From an uncultured bacterium (GTDB lineage Bacteria; Electryoneota; B3-LCP): a stretch of 61,853 nt of DNA. The notes under the pieces were generated by a model that was given only the letters and a program-made list of their open reading frames with translations, did no database searches and was not told the DNA's origin. This document shows positions 48,074 through 59,005 of the stretch, in pieces. The stretch covers positions 1 to 61,853 of the forward strand of contig CAZUTK010000008.1 in assembly GCA_964623265.1 (NCBI GenBank). The letters are read 5' to 3'. Both the position numbers and the translations under genes were made by a program. Every line of letters starts with the position of its first letter. Positions within the stretch are counted from its first letter, which is position 1.

Positions 48074-49423
48074 ATGCCCGATACATCGAAACAGATCATC
48101 GAAGCGGTGCGCGAAGCCGGCGTCGTAGGAGCCGGCGGCGCGGGTTTCCCCACGCACGTCAAGTTAGCGGGAGTCAACATTGATACGGTGATCGCCAACG
48201 GCGCGGAGTGCGAACCGCTGCTCGCCAACGATCAGGCCGTGATGATCCATCACACCGAAGATCTGCTGAAAGGGCTGGAGCTGGCGGCGAAAGCCGTCGG
48301 CGCGCGGCGCAGAGTCATCGCCGCCAAAGAAAAACGATCTGAAGTTATAAAACATCTGCGGTCCCGCGCGAGAAGCCAAGCGGCGGAGATCTTTTTACTG
48401 GCGAATTATTACCCGGCAGGGGACGAGCAAGAAATTTTGCATGAAGTCACCGGCCGAACCGTGCCCGAAGCAGGTATCCCGCCGGAAGTAGGGGTTTTAA
48501 TCCAAAACGTAGAAACGCTGGTGAATATCGCGCGAGCGTACGACGGCGTTCCCGTCACCCGCCGCACGCTCACCGTCGCCGGCGATGTGGCACAGCCCGG
48601 AGTCGTCGAAGCTCCCGTTGGAATGGCCGCCCGGGACGTGATCGCAGCCTGCGGCGGAACGACGTGCGACCACCCCGTTCTTTACGTCGGCGGCCCGATG
48701 ATGGGCGAAGTGAAGGATTCCTTCGACGAACCGGTGACGAAGACCACTTCGGGGATCTTCGTCCTCCCCGCGGACAACTTCCTCCTCCTGAAGCGATCCA
48801 TCCCGATGCGTCACATCCTGCGGCAGGCTCAAGCCGCCTGCACCAACTGCATGCAATGCACCGAAGTCTGTCCGCGCTATTTATTGGGGCATAAACTTCG
48901 GCCTCATAAAATCATGAATGCGGTGACGCTGGGGTTATCTTACCAAAGCGACGTTATCCTGGAATCATTCCTTTGCATGTTTTGCGGGATGTGCGAATAC
49001 GCCTGCCCGCTTTGGCTGTCGCCGCGCAGAGTCTATTTCGAGGTGCGTGCCGCCTTACTGCAGAAAGGCATTCGATACCCGCGCGAGGCAAAGACCTACG
49101 AGGATCACCCGCTGCGCAAATACCGCCGCACTCCGCCGGAACGCATCATTCGAAGGTATGAATTAGCCGCTTACGACCATAAGATCAAACCGACGATAAC
49201 AAAACTGCAGACAAACCGCGTGCGCATCCCCACCCGGCAGGGAACAGGATCACCGGCAGTCCCCATCGTCCGGGAAGGCGATAGAGTGCGAGAAGGGCAA
49301 AGGATCGGAGAGATTCCTGCGAATGAGGGCGGCGATGGCTGGGTGCTGGGTGCTCGCATCCACGCTTCGATCGCCGGGAAGGTAGTTTACGTCGGGCCGG
49401 ATGCGGTTGAAATCGCCGAATGA
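48074..49423 (+). CDS. RnfC/PduS-family NAD(H)-binding flavo-iron-sulfur protein
   Basis: GVVGAGGAGFPTHVKL (51-kDa/RnfC nucleotide-FMN motif), an SLBB-like segment, two ferredoxin motifs CTNCMQCTEVCP and CMFCGMCEYACP, and a C-terminal barrel-sandwich-like VREGDRVREGQRIGEI..ARIHASIAGKVVYVG. The ATG at 48074 has no SD; the ORF track opens at TTG 47960. Confidence 0.75.
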   Translation: MPDTSKQIIEAVREAGVVGAGGAGFPTHVKLAGVNIDTVIANGAECEPLLANDQAVMIHHTEDLLKGLELAAKAVGARRRVIAAKEKRSEVIKHLRSRARSQAAEIFLLANYYPAGDEQEILHEVTGRTVPEAGIPPEVGVLIQNVETLVNIARAYDGVPVTRRTLTVAGDVAQPGVVEAPVGMAARDVIAACGGTTCDHPVLYVGGPMMGEVKDSFDEPVTKTTSGIFVLPADNFLLLKRSIPMRHILRQAQAACTNCMQCTEVCPRYLLGHKLRPHKIMNAVTLGLSYQSDVILESFLCMFCGMCEYACPLWLSPRRVYFEVRAALLQKGIRYPREAKTYEDHPLRKYRRTPPERIIRRYELAAYDHKIKPTITKLQTNRVRIPTRQGTGSPAVPIVREGDRVREGQRIGEIPANEGGDGWVLGARIHASIAGKVVYVGPDAVEIAE

Positions 49424-51726
49424 AGCCACAATGCCGCAGCCTGTCCCAGAGCGATTCCACCATCGTTGATGGGAATTTCGGAAGGCACCAACACCTCGAA
49501 GCCCGCCTCTTCCAGCTCCCGCCAGAGATTCGTCAGGAGAATGCGGTTCTGAAAAACCCCGCCGGTTAAGACCATACGGTGAACCCCGGTCTTGCGCCTC
49601 AGGATCTCGGACGCTTCCCGCAAGGCGCGCACAAGACTGACGTGAAACTTCCCGCCGATGACGCCCGGATGCACGCCGGCGCGCAGATCTTCCAGCATTT
49701 CAACGATCATCCGCTCCCAATTCAGATGTAAGAGTTCCGCCGAAGTCTGAATCGGAAAGGCATATGCCTCCAGCCCTTCGATGGATTCGAGGAGCTGCGG
49801 CAACTCCTGCTGCGCCAGAGCTTCCAGCAAAATTGCGGCTTGCCCTTCATAAGCGATCTCCTGCCGAATTCCCGCCAGAGCGGCGACCGCGTCGAATAAG
49901 CGCCCGGCGCCGCTGGACAGCGGACAATGGAGGCGCCGCTCCAACATCTGAACCACGATATCCACAGGTTTGCCGGGGAAAATCTGTTTTGCTGCGCCGA
50001 TTCCATCCTTCGGCGAAGCCGCGAGCAGAGCGGCGGCGGCGATTCTCCAGGGTTCGCGGATGGCTTTTTCTCCGCCCGGCAGAGGGATCAGTTGAATGCG
50101 CGCCAGCACCTGTTTCCTCAAGCCATCCACCCACAGACACTCGCCACCCCAGAGCGTTTGATCCTCCCCCAAACCGATGCCGTCCAGAGTCCAGGCTAAT
50201 GTCGGCGCGAAATCGCCCTTTTCCGCCTGACAGGCTAAGACGTGAGCGCGATGATGCTGAACCTCCAGCAGAGGCAAGCCGGTTTTCTTCGCAAATTGCG
50301 TGGAGAGATAATCCGGGTGAAGATCGCACGCCGCCATCTGCGGTTCGATGGAGAAGAGTTTCTTGAAATGCTCGACGCCCTCTTCATAGGCTTCCAATGC
50401 AGACAGATTCTCCAGATCGCCGATGTGATGGGAGAGGATGAGTTGATCATCGCGCCCCAAGCAAAAGACGTTCTTCACTTCCGCTCCGCAGGCGAGAATC
50501 TGCCGACGCAGCGGACGCGGCAGCGACACCGGATCCGGAACATACCCCCTGGAACGGCGCAGCGTGACGCGACGGCCTCGGATGACGCGGACAACGGAAT
50601 CATCGGCGCGCAGATGGATGGGACGGTCATGGAGAAGAAACAGATCGGCGATGCTCCGCAGCCTCGGCAGGATTTCATCATCCCGAAATGCGATCGGTTC
50701 TTCCGAAAGATTCCCGGAGGTCATAACCAGATCCAATCCGCTCGCCTGTAACAACAATTCGTGCAGAGGCGTGTAGGGGATCATCAAACCGAGGGTATTC
50801 AATTCCGGGGAGACCAGCCGCGAAATCGAGCTGCCGGGCTTTCGATCTAAAACAACGATAGGGCGAGCCGTCGAAGTCAGCAGATCCGCTTCGGTTTGAT
50901 TCAAGTCCGCGAGTTCGCGGACGCGGCGCAGATCCCGCACCATCAACGCGAAGGGCTTCTCTTCCCGGATTTTGCGGGAGCGCAGCCGTCCTACGGCGAC
51001 ATCGTTCGACGCATCGCAGGCCAGATGTACTCCGCCGATGCCTTTGACCGCGACGATACCGCCCTGCTTGAGAATCCGGACAACCTGAGCCAACCGATCA
51101 TCCGAAGAAGCAGCAGAGGACGCATCCAATGGTTCCGGATAAAGATAGATCCGCGGTCCGCAGACCGGACAGGCGTTCGGCTGAGCGTGATAGCGGCGGT
51201 CTTTCGGATCTTCGTACTCCCGTCGGCAATCCGGACACATCTGAAAGCCCGACATCGTCGTTCTCGGGCGGTCGTAAGGAATATCCCGGATGATCGTCAA
51301 GCGGGGTCCGCAGTGCGTGCAATTGATGAAGGGGTAATGATAGCGGCGGTCGGAAGGATTGCTCATTTCGCGCAGGCAATCCGGACAAGTCGCCAGATCC
51401 GGCGATATGCGGGTGAATTTCACGCCGCCTGACGGGCTGGCAGCGATGGTGAATTCACTCTCTTCCGTCGCCCGGATGCCGCGCACGATCATTTCATCCA
51501 AACGGGCGGCGGGCGGTAATTCCCGACGCATGCGGATGGTGAATTGATCCAGCTGCGTTTTCGTCCCCTGCGCTTCGATGACGACGCCCCGACCGTCGTT
51601 GTAGACGCGACCGACGAGCCTCAGTTCATCCGCCAGATTGCGTATGAAAGGGCGCATCCCCACTCCTTGAACGACACCCTTCAGACGATATCGGCGGCGT
51701 ACGATTTTATCCGACGATGTTTTCAT
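49387..51726 (-). CDS. hypF: [NiFe]-hydrogenase maturation carbamoyltransferase HypF
   Basis: Acylphosphatase domain YRLKGVVQGVGMRPF. Two zinc-finger pairs: CPDCLREM..NCTHCGPR and CPDCRREY..ACPVCGPR. A YrdC-like domain (GGIVAVKGIGGVHLACDA) and a Kae1-like C-domain follow. The last 37 nt overlap the convergent RnfC-like gene. Confidence 0.92.
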   Translation of the reverse strand: MKTSSDKIVRRRYRLKGVVQGVGMRPFIRNLADELRLVGRVYNDGRGVVIEAQGTKTQLDQFTIRMRRELPPAARLDEMIVRGIRATEESEFTIAASPSGGVKFTRISPDLATCPDCLREMSNPSDRRYHYPFINCTHCGPRLTIIRDIPYDRPRTTMSGFQMCPDCRREYEDPKDRRYHAQPNACPVCGPRIYLYPEPLDASSAASSDDRLAQVVRILKQGGIVAVKGIGGVHLACDASNDVAVGRLRSRKIREEKPFALMVRDLRRVRELADLNQTEADLLTSTARPIVVLDRKPGSSISRLVSPELNTLGLMIPYTPLHELLLQASGLDLVMTSGNLSEEPIAFRDDEILPRLRSIADLFLLHDRPIHLRADDSVVRVIRGRRVTLRRSRGYVPDPVSLPRPLRRQILACGAEVKNVFCLGRDDQLILSHHIGDLENLSALEAYEEGVEHFKKLFSIEPQMAACDLHPDYLSTQFAKKTGLPLLEVQHHRAHVLACQAEKGDFAPTLAWTLDGIGLGEDQTLWGGECLWVDGLRKQVLARIQLIPLPGGEKAIREPWRIAAAALLAASPKDGIGAAKQIFPGKPVDIVVQMLERRLHCPLSSGAGRLFDAVAALAGIRQEIAYEGQAAILLEALAQQELPQLLESIEGLEAYAFPIQTSAELLHLNWERMIVEMLEDLRAGVHPGVIGGKFHVSLVRALREASEILRRKTGVHRMVLTGGVFQNRILLTNLWRELEEAGFEVLVPSEIPINDGGIALGQAAALWLHSAISTASGPT

Positions 51727-51727
51727 G

Positions 51728-51753
51728 ATAAAAAAGGCGCATCGGTGTGCGCC
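51728..51753 (-). terminator. Rho-independent terminator after the atp operon, abutting the hypF start
   Basis: Minus strand: GGCGCA-CACCGA-TGCGCC followed by TTTTTTATC, then the hypF ATG. Confidence 0.7.
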
Positions 51754-51765
51754 CCGTAAAAGATT

Positions 51766-51785
51766 TCGCGGTCGTGGTTCCGCGA
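51766..51785 (-). terminator. Second stem-loop downstream of atpC
   Basis: Minus strand: TCGCGG-AACCACGA-CCGCGA followed by AATCTTTT. Confidence 0.45.
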
Positions 51786-51802
51786 CATCTACAAGACTTG
51801 TC

Positions 51803-52210
51803 CTATGATCTCATCCCCGCAATTTTCAATCGGTTCACGGCGCGCATCAAAGAGGCGCGAGCGCGTTCTTCGTCCAAATTCGCCGGTTTCGTGCGGAGGC
51901 GTTCTTCGGCGCGTTGTCTGGCGGCTTGAGCGCGTTCGATGTCAATCTGATCCGCGAATTCGGCGCTTTGCGCCAAGAGTACGGTTTTGTCCGGCATCAC
52001 CTCGATGAAGCCGCCGGAAATCGCCAGAACGCGCACCTTGCCGTCTTTCGTGATGTCCACCTCTCCGACCTGCAAAGGCGTCATGAAGGGTGTATGCCCG
52101 GGCAGTACGCCGAAAGAACCCGCAATTCCGGGCGCGCGCAGGTGTTCGATCTGATCCGAAAAGACGGCTCCCTGCGGCGTGACGATATCCAATTGGAAAG
52201 TTTTAGCCAT
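51803..52210 (-). CDS. atpC: F1 ATP synthase epsilon subunit
   Basis: LDIVTPQG..F...I..L.APGIAGSFGVLPGHTP beta-sandwich plus a C-terminal helical hairpin. Last gene of the atp operon. Confidence 0.9.
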   Translation of the reverse strand: MAKTFQLDIVTPQGAVFSDQIEHLRAPGIAGSFGVLPGHTPFMTPLQVGEVDITKDGKVRVLAISGGFIEVMPDKTVLLAQSAEFADQIDIERAQAARQRAEERLRTKPANLDEERARASLMRAVNRLKIAGMRS

Positions 52211-52227
52211 AAGCTCGCGATCCCTGG

Positions 52228-53730
<1,503 letters not shown>

Positions 53731-53769
53731 TTATACTTGCGTCGCGATCTAAATCTGACGTTATTATGA

Positions 53770-54630
53770 TTATTTTAATCCTTCCGCGCCGGATACGACT
53801 TCCAGCAGTTCTTTGGTGATCGCCGCCTGGCGCGCCTTATTGTAGGTCAGCGTTAATGATTCGATCAGCTCGCTGGCGTTTTTGGTGGCGTTCTCCATGG
53901 CGGTCATGCGGGCGCCGTGTTCGGCAGCGTTCGATTCGAGGAAAACCCGCCACATCTGCACGTTGACATATAGAGGTAAAACTCCGGAGAGCACCGCCAG
54001 AGCGTCTGGTTCATAGAGAAAATCAATCCCCCGTCGAACCGGCGCCTCTTCTGGAATGATGGGCAGCAGCTGCTCCACGACGACGAATTGCTGGAGCGCG
54101 GATTTGAATTCGTTGTAAATCAGATAAATGCGGTCGAGTTTTTCCCGGACGTATAAATCAATCAAGGACTCGCCGATGGAGGCGGCGACGCCGAAGTGCA
54201 AGTCTTGAAAGAGCTGCGTGTGCGATTGAATGATGTCATATCCTCTTTTGCGAAAGAAATCGGTTCCCTTTCTGCCAATGGTGACCAGATGAATCTGCGG
54301 ATCGATTTTCTTCGCATGTTCGATTTCGCGGACGGCGCGTTTGATGATGTTGGTGTTGAAACTGCCCGCCAGCCCCCGGTCGGATGTCACCACCACCATG
54401 CCGATCTCTTTCGCCGGGCGCACAGCGAGAAGCGGGTGCAGGGATGGATCCGCATGTTCCGCCAGTTCGCGGATCACTTGCTTTAACTTGTTCGAATAGG
54501 GTCGAGCCTTGAGAATATTCTCTTGCGCTCGCCGCAACCGCGCCGCCGCCACCATCTTCATGGCTCGGGTGATCTGCTGAGTGGATTTGACCGAATTGAT
54601 GCGGCGTTTGATCTGTTTTAAAGACGGCAT
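53770..54630 (-). CDS. atpG: F1 ATP synthase gamma subunit
   Basis: IKRRINSVKSTQQITRAMKMVAAARLRRAQ N-terminus and LTLTYNKARQAAITKELLEVVSGAE C-terminus. Confidence 0.94.
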   Translation of the reverse strand: MPSLKQIKRRINSVKSTQQITRAMKMVAAARLRRAQENILKARPYSNKLKQVIRELAEHADPSLHPLLAVRPAKEIGMVVVTSDRGLAGSFNTNIIKRAVREIEHAKKIDPQIHLVTIGRKGTDFFRKRGYDIIQSHTQLFQDLHFGVAASIGESLIDLYVREKLDRIYLIYNEFKSALQQFVVVEQLLPIIPEEAPVRRGIDFLYEPDALAVLSGVLPLYVNVQMWRVFLESNAAEHGARMTAMENATKNASELIESLTLTYNKARQAAITKELLEVVSGAEGLK

Positions 54631-54644
54631 GAGTCTCTATCCTC

Positions 54645-56195
54645 TCAGGCGGCTTTCTCGACGGCGAATCCCTGCAGAAACTCCTGGCAGGATTTTTTCA
54701 AGGCTGCCTTCAATTCATCAGAAATGACTTTCTTTTCCGCGATTTCCTTCAGTTGATCCGGATGCACCGCATTCATATATTTTTCGAATTCACTCTGGAA
54801 GCGTTTCACCTCTGCGATGGGCACCTGATCCATAAATCCATTGACCGCCGCAAAGATCACCACGATCTGGACTTCCATGGGAATGGGCGCATATTGTCCC
54901 TGCTTCAGGATTTCGACCAGGCGTTCACCGCGGGTCAACTGCGCGCGGGTGGATTTGTCCAGATCAGATCCGAATTGCGCGAAAGCCGCCAATTCGCGAT
55001 ACTGCGCCAAATCCAGACGCAGTGATCCGGCGACCTGCCTCATGGCTTTGGTCTGCGCATTGCCGCCCACGCGGGAAACCGAGATTCCCACATTGATGGC
55101 GGGACGCACGCCGGCGTAGAACAACTCCGGTTCGAGAAAGATCTGCCCGTCCGTGATGGAGATGACGTTGGTGGGGATGTAGGCGGAGACGTCGCCGGCC
55201 TGGGTTTCGATGATGGGCAGCGCCGTCAGCGATCCGCCGGGTGCGGAACAACCCGCCATCGCCGCGACTTTCGGGTCGTCGGACATTTTGGCGGCGCGTT
55301 CCAACAGACGGGAATGCAGATTGAAGATGTCGCCGGGATAGGCTTCGCGCCCTGGAGGACGACGCAGCAAGAGCGAGAGCTGTCGGTATGCCCAGGCATG
55401 CTTGGTCAGGTCATCGTAAACGCACAAGGCGTGGCGGCCGGAATCGCGGAAATACTCGCCGATGGCGGCTCCTGCGAAGGGCGCGATGTACTGGATCGGC
55501 GCCGTCTCTTCCGCCGTAGAGGAGACGATGATCGTGTGATCCAGCGCGCCGTACTCTTCGAGCGTCTTCACGACCTTAGCGATGGTGGATCCTTTCTGGC
55601 CGATGGCGACATAGATGCAGACCACCCCCTTGCCCTTCTGGTTGATGATGGCGTCCACCGCGATGGCGGTCTTCCCCGTCTGACGGTCCCCGATGATCAG
55701 CTCGCGCTGACCGCGTCCGATGGGGATCATCGCATCAATCGCCATTATGCCGGTTTCCAGCGGTTCTTTCACCGGCTGACGAAAGATCACACCCGGGGCT
55801 TTCTTCTCTGCAGGACGATACGTATCCGTGTTAATGGGTCCTTTTCCATCCAACGGAATCCCGATCGGATTGATGACTCTGCCCAGCAGAGCATCTCCCA
55901 CCGGCACTTCGACGATGCGGTTGGTGCGCCGTACGATGTCGCCTTCCTTGATGCGGGTGTAATCCCCGAATATGGCGATTCCGACGTTATCTTCCTCGAG
56001 GTTCAACGCCATGCCGTACACGTCGTTGGGAAACTGCACCAGTTCGGATGCCATGACGTTTTCCAGCCCGTATACGTGCGCGATTCCGTCGCCGACTTGG
56101 ATCACTTCGCCGATCTCTTCTTCTTCCGCCTTGATTTCAAAGCCGGCGATCTGCTTTTTGATGATGGAGGTGATTTCTTCCGGTCGAAGATGCAT
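54645..56195 (-). CDS. atpA: F1 ATP synthase alpha subunit
   Basis: GDRQTGKTA Walker A, followed by blocks typical of AtpA. Confidence 0.96.
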   Translation of the reverse strand: MHLRPEEITSIIKKQIAGFEIKAEEEEIGEVIQVGDGIAHVYGLENVMASELVQFPNDVYGMALNLEEDNVGIAIFGDYTRIKEGDIVRRTNRIVEVPVGDALLGRVINPIGIPLDGKGPINTDTYRPAEKKAPGVIFRQPVKEPLETGIMAIDAMIPIGRGQRELIIGDRQTGKTAIAVDAIINQKGKGVVCIYVAIGQKGSTIAKVVKTLEEYGALDHTIIVSSTAEETAPIQYIAPFAGAAIGEYFRDSGRHALCVYDDLTKHAWAYRQLSLLLRRPPGREAYPGDIFNLHSRLLERAAKMSDDPKVAAMAGCSAPGGSLTALPIIETQAGDVSAYIPTNVISITDGQIFLEPELFYAGVRPAINVGISVSRVGGNAQTKAMRQVAGSLRLDLAQYRELAAFAQFGSDLDKSTRAQLTRGERLVEILKQGQYAPIPMEVQIVVIFAAVNGFMDQVPIAEVKRFQSEFEKYMNAVHPDQLKEIAEKKVISDELKAALKKSCQEFLQGFAVEKAA

Positions 56196-56218
56196 TTTGT
56201 CGCCTCATGATGCATGCC

Positions 56219-56245
56219 GCGGATTCAGGGTGCTTCCTGAACCGC
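56219..56245 (-). other. Intercistronic stem-loop between atpH and atpA
   Basis: GCGGATTCAGG-GTGCTT-CCTGAACCGC, 10 bp with one bulged base, within a 110-nt untranslated gap. Confidence 0.35.
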
Positions 56246-56305
56246 ACATGCTCGGGTTGAAGGTTTTAAATTCTGATTGTCTATGCGCCGACTCCATGCA
56301 GCCGG

Positions 56306-56848
56306 CTATCTGCGCAGCAGCGAATACTTCAGATTGGACAATAAACTGACGATGGTCGCATCCAGCAACTGATGACCGATCTGCAGCCGCAACCCTCCTA
56401 GGACCGAAGGATCGAGGATGTTCTTGACGGTGACTTTTTTCCCCGTCCTTTTCGCAAGCTTTTCAGACAGCGCCTTCTTCTGCGGTTCGGTTAACGCCAC
56501 CGCGGTTACGGCTTTGACTTCCAGATGCTGATTGTAGTCGTCCCAGAGCTGCTTGAAGGTATCCCAGGCATAAGGAAGAATCTCCTGACGACCTTTGCGC
56601 AAGACGAGTTCCAGGAAGTTCAACAGATACTGCGAGGGCGGTTTATCGTACGTCTTCCGGATCAACTCCAGTTTGGCAGACCGAGAAACGCTCGGACTTT
56701 CCAGATATTCCACCAGCAAGGGCACCTGCTGAAAGAGCTCCGCGAGCGCCTTTAGTTCGTTGCCGACGGCTTCCAGACTGTTCGACTCAACCGCCAGCTC
56801 GAAGAGCGGCTGCGTGTAGATGCGGACCAATACGTCGTTCTTCATCAT
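56306..56848 (-). CDS. atpH: F1 ATP synthase delta subunit (OSCP)
   Basis: 180 aa, sits between atpF and atpA, with an OSCP-like RIYTQPLFELA N-terminus and a ..DPSVLGGLRLQIG.. C-terminal motif. Confidence 0.88.
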   Translation of the reverse strand: MMKNDVLVRIYTQPLFELAVESNSLEAVGNELKALAELFQQVPLLVEYLESPSVSRSAKLELIRKTYDKPPSQYLLNFLELVLRKGRQEILPYAWDTFKQLWDDYNQHLEVKAVTAVALTEPQKKALSEKLAKRTGKKVTVKNILDPSVLGGLRLQIGHQLLDATIVSLLSNLKYSLLRR

Positions 56849-56895
56849 TGCGACTGCGCTGAATTCATTTTAAAGGAATCCGCCGATTGCGAGCA

Positions 56896-57384
56896 TCAGT
56901 TGAGTTTCTCGATTTCACGGTTGATCAACTCACTGTGATCTTCGGCTTTCAGCACCCGTCCGATAATCTTTCCGGCGGCGCTTACGGCGATTTCAACGAC
57001 TTCCTGCCGCAGCTCCTGAATCACTTTCAACCGTTCCTGCTCAATGTCGGCTTTGGCTTTTTCCAGCATGGAGGCTGTCTGGGCTTCCATCTCTTTCTTT
57101 TTCTCTTCCGCCAGGAGGTTAGCGCGCTGGGTGGCATCGTTGATCAATTTCTGCGCTTCTTTGCGGGCGCTATCCAGCTGCGCTTGATACTGTTGCAGGA
57201 GTTTCTGCGCCTCTTCGTTCGAAGCGCGGGCTTCCTCGATGTTCTTGCGGATGCCGTCCTCCCGCCGTTGCAATCCGTCCAGAATCGGCTTCCACGCCCA
57301 TTTCCTCAGGACGAAGAGCAATACGACGAAAACCGCCACCGTCCAGATGATGGAACCCGGCTGGGGCATGATGATATCCTGCAT
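56896..57384 (-). CDS. atpF: Fo ATP synthase b subunit
   Basis: A single N-terminal TM (IIWTVAVFVVLLFVL) followed by a long charged helix, between atpE and atpH. Confidence 0.88.
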   Translation of the reverse strand: MQDIIMPQPGSIIWTVAVFVVLLFVLRKWAWKPILDGLQRREDGIRKNIEEARASNEEAQKLLQQYQAQLDSARKEAQKLINDATQRANLLAEEKKKEMEAQTASMLEKAKADIEQERLKVIQELRQEVVEIAVSAAGKIIGRVLKAEDHSELINREIEKLN

Positions 57385-57394
57385 AGCGTCGTCC

Positions 57395-57622
57395 TTATTT
57401 CAGCGCGATGAGCATGCAGATCACGGCGTTGAAGAAGGCGACCCCTTCGATCAACGCGGCGGAAATCAGCATGGCGGTCTGAATCTTGCCGGCGGCTTCC
57501 GGCTGGCGGGCGATGCCATCCATCGCCTGGCCGGCGATGCGCCCGATACCGATCGCTGCTCCGAGAGTCACCACACCGGCGCCCAATCCGGCGCCCATGA
57601 AGGCTAATGCGAGAGATTCCAT
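57395..57622 (-). CDS. atpE: Fo ATP synthase c subunit (proteolipid)
   Basis: 75-aa hairpin with the loop ARQPE and carboxylate context LIEGVAF. Confidence 0.93.
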   Translation of the reverse strand: MESLALAFMGAGLGAGVVTLGAAIGIGRIAGQAMDGIARQPEAAGKIQTAMLISAALIEGVAFFNAVICMLIALK

Positions 57623-57716
57623 TGCTTGTTGTCTCCGTTCTGTTTGTTCTGAACTTTTCGATGGTTTATCGCGAGTGAATTTTTTCGCATTCCTAGGTAA
57701 AATTAAATGGGCTTCA

Positions 57717-58682
57717 TCAATGCTGCGGGTGAAGCGCCGTGCCGATGAATAACGAAGAAAGTATCGTAAAAATGTACGCCTGCAGAAAGGCGACGAAGAG
57801 TTCCAGCAGGGAGATCGCCACGGCGCCCAGAATCGAGATCGGGGCGATGAAATAGCTGGAAATCAACGCCAGAAACACGGCGATCACCGCATGCCCCGCC
57901 AGCATATTGGCGAAGAGTCGGATGCAGAGCGCGAAGTGCTTGACCAACACACCGATGATCTCGATCGGGAAGAGGATCGGCGCCACGAACAACGGCACCC
58001 CATGCGGAATAAACGAGCCGAGATACTTGATCGGACCGTGCCGAACCACACCGGATCCGATCATCACCAGCAGGGAAATTCCCGCCATTGCGCCGGTCAC
58101 GGATATATTCCCCGTCGGTGTGCTGCCGTAAGGAATCATCCCGAGCAGGTTCGAGAAGAGGATGAAGAAGAAGACAGTCAGGAAGTAGGAAAGATACTTT
58201 CTGCCGTCTTTTTCCCCCAGTGCCGGATAGACGACTTCATCCCGCAGGAAAACGATGATCATTTCGAAGAAATTGCTCAAGCCGTGCGGAACTTCGCCGC
58301 GTGCTCTGCGCAGAGGCGCGAACAGGACGATCAACAGAATCCCCACCGTGATAAGCATGATGGTATGCTTGGTGACCGGCAGCGAAAAGCCACCGATGTG
58401 CAATATCGGAAGGTGAATATCCATCCCTAAAAATTGATAATGCTGAGAATCCGTCAGGTGATGTTCGAGAACGCCGAGCACCCCGGATTCGCCTTCTTCG
58501 CCGTGTGCCGCTGCTTGGGAGTGCTCTTCAGCGGGTGTCTGGTGAATTGCTTCCCCGCCGTGAGCGGTTTCTTCCGTTTGTCCGTGAGATTCTTCCTCTG
58601 CTGCGAATCCATTTACCGGGCATGCAACCAGCAGAGCGATTGAGAGGCAAAGGCAGAATGTCAGGTTTTGAGCGAAGCGCAT
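57717..58682 (-). CDS. atpB: Fo ATP synthase a subunit with signal-like, His/Glu-rich N-terminal extension
   Basis: The C-terminal two-thirds is typical subunit a (essential Arg context LCIRLFANMLAGH). The first ~75 aa are a hydrophobic leader plus EEESHGQTEETAHGGEAIHQTPAEEHSQAAAHGEEGE. Confidence 0.9.
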   Translation of the reverse strand: MRFAQNLTFCLCLSIALLVACPVNGFAAEEESHGQTEETAHGGEAIHQTPAEEHSQAAAHGEEGESGVLGVLEHHLTDSQHYQFLGMDIHLPILHIGGFSLPVTKHTIMLITVGILLIVLFAPLRRARGEVPHGLSNFFEMIIVFLRDEVVYPALGEKDGRKYLSYFLTVFFFILFSNLLGMIPYGSTPTGNISVTGAMAGISLLVMIGSGVVRHGPIKYLGSFIPHGVPLFVAPILFPIEIIGVLVKHFALCIRLFANMLAGHAVIAVFLALISSYFIAPISILGAVAISLLELFVAFLQAYIFTILSSLFIGTALHPQH

Positions 58683-58969
58683 CTACGCACCTTCCAGAGG
58701 CAGATGGAAATTTCCAAAATCAGCGACAGCAGATATCCTACCAGAAAACCGTACACCAGTGGATCAGGAGTTGCTTCTATTTTTTTAATGGCGATCCAGA
58801 ACCCGATGCCGGCAATCACCAGTTTCACCAGCACCGAAATGACGAACCGCTTCATCAGGGCGACCGCACCGCGGGAGCATCCACCCCATAAAATGCCCAA
58901 GCCGATGGGACCCAGCGCCAAGCCGCCGAACACACCCCACAACCAAAGGGGGATTCCCAGCCAATTCAT
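58661..58969 (-). CDS. atpI: Small membrane protein, AtpI-like (ATP synthase protein I)
   Basis: 102 aa with 3-4 TM segments, immediately upstream of atpB and overlapping it by 22 nt. Confidence 0.55.
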   Translation of the reverse strand: MNWLGIPLWLWGVFGGLALGPIGLGILWGGCSRGAVALMKRFVISVLVKLVIAGIGFWIAIKKIEATPDPLVYGFLVGYLLSLILEISICLWKVRRCASLKT

Positions 58970-59005
58970 TCGTTCATAGCGATCAAGACCGGATCGGGCT
59001 TCTTC

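Noticed and set aside
57395-57622. Na+-translocating or N-type ATPase.
   Set aside because: The gene order is the classical F-type atpZ-I-B-E-F-H-A-G-D-C. The c-subunit carboxylate context is LIEGVAF, without the Q..ES/T Na+-binding signature.
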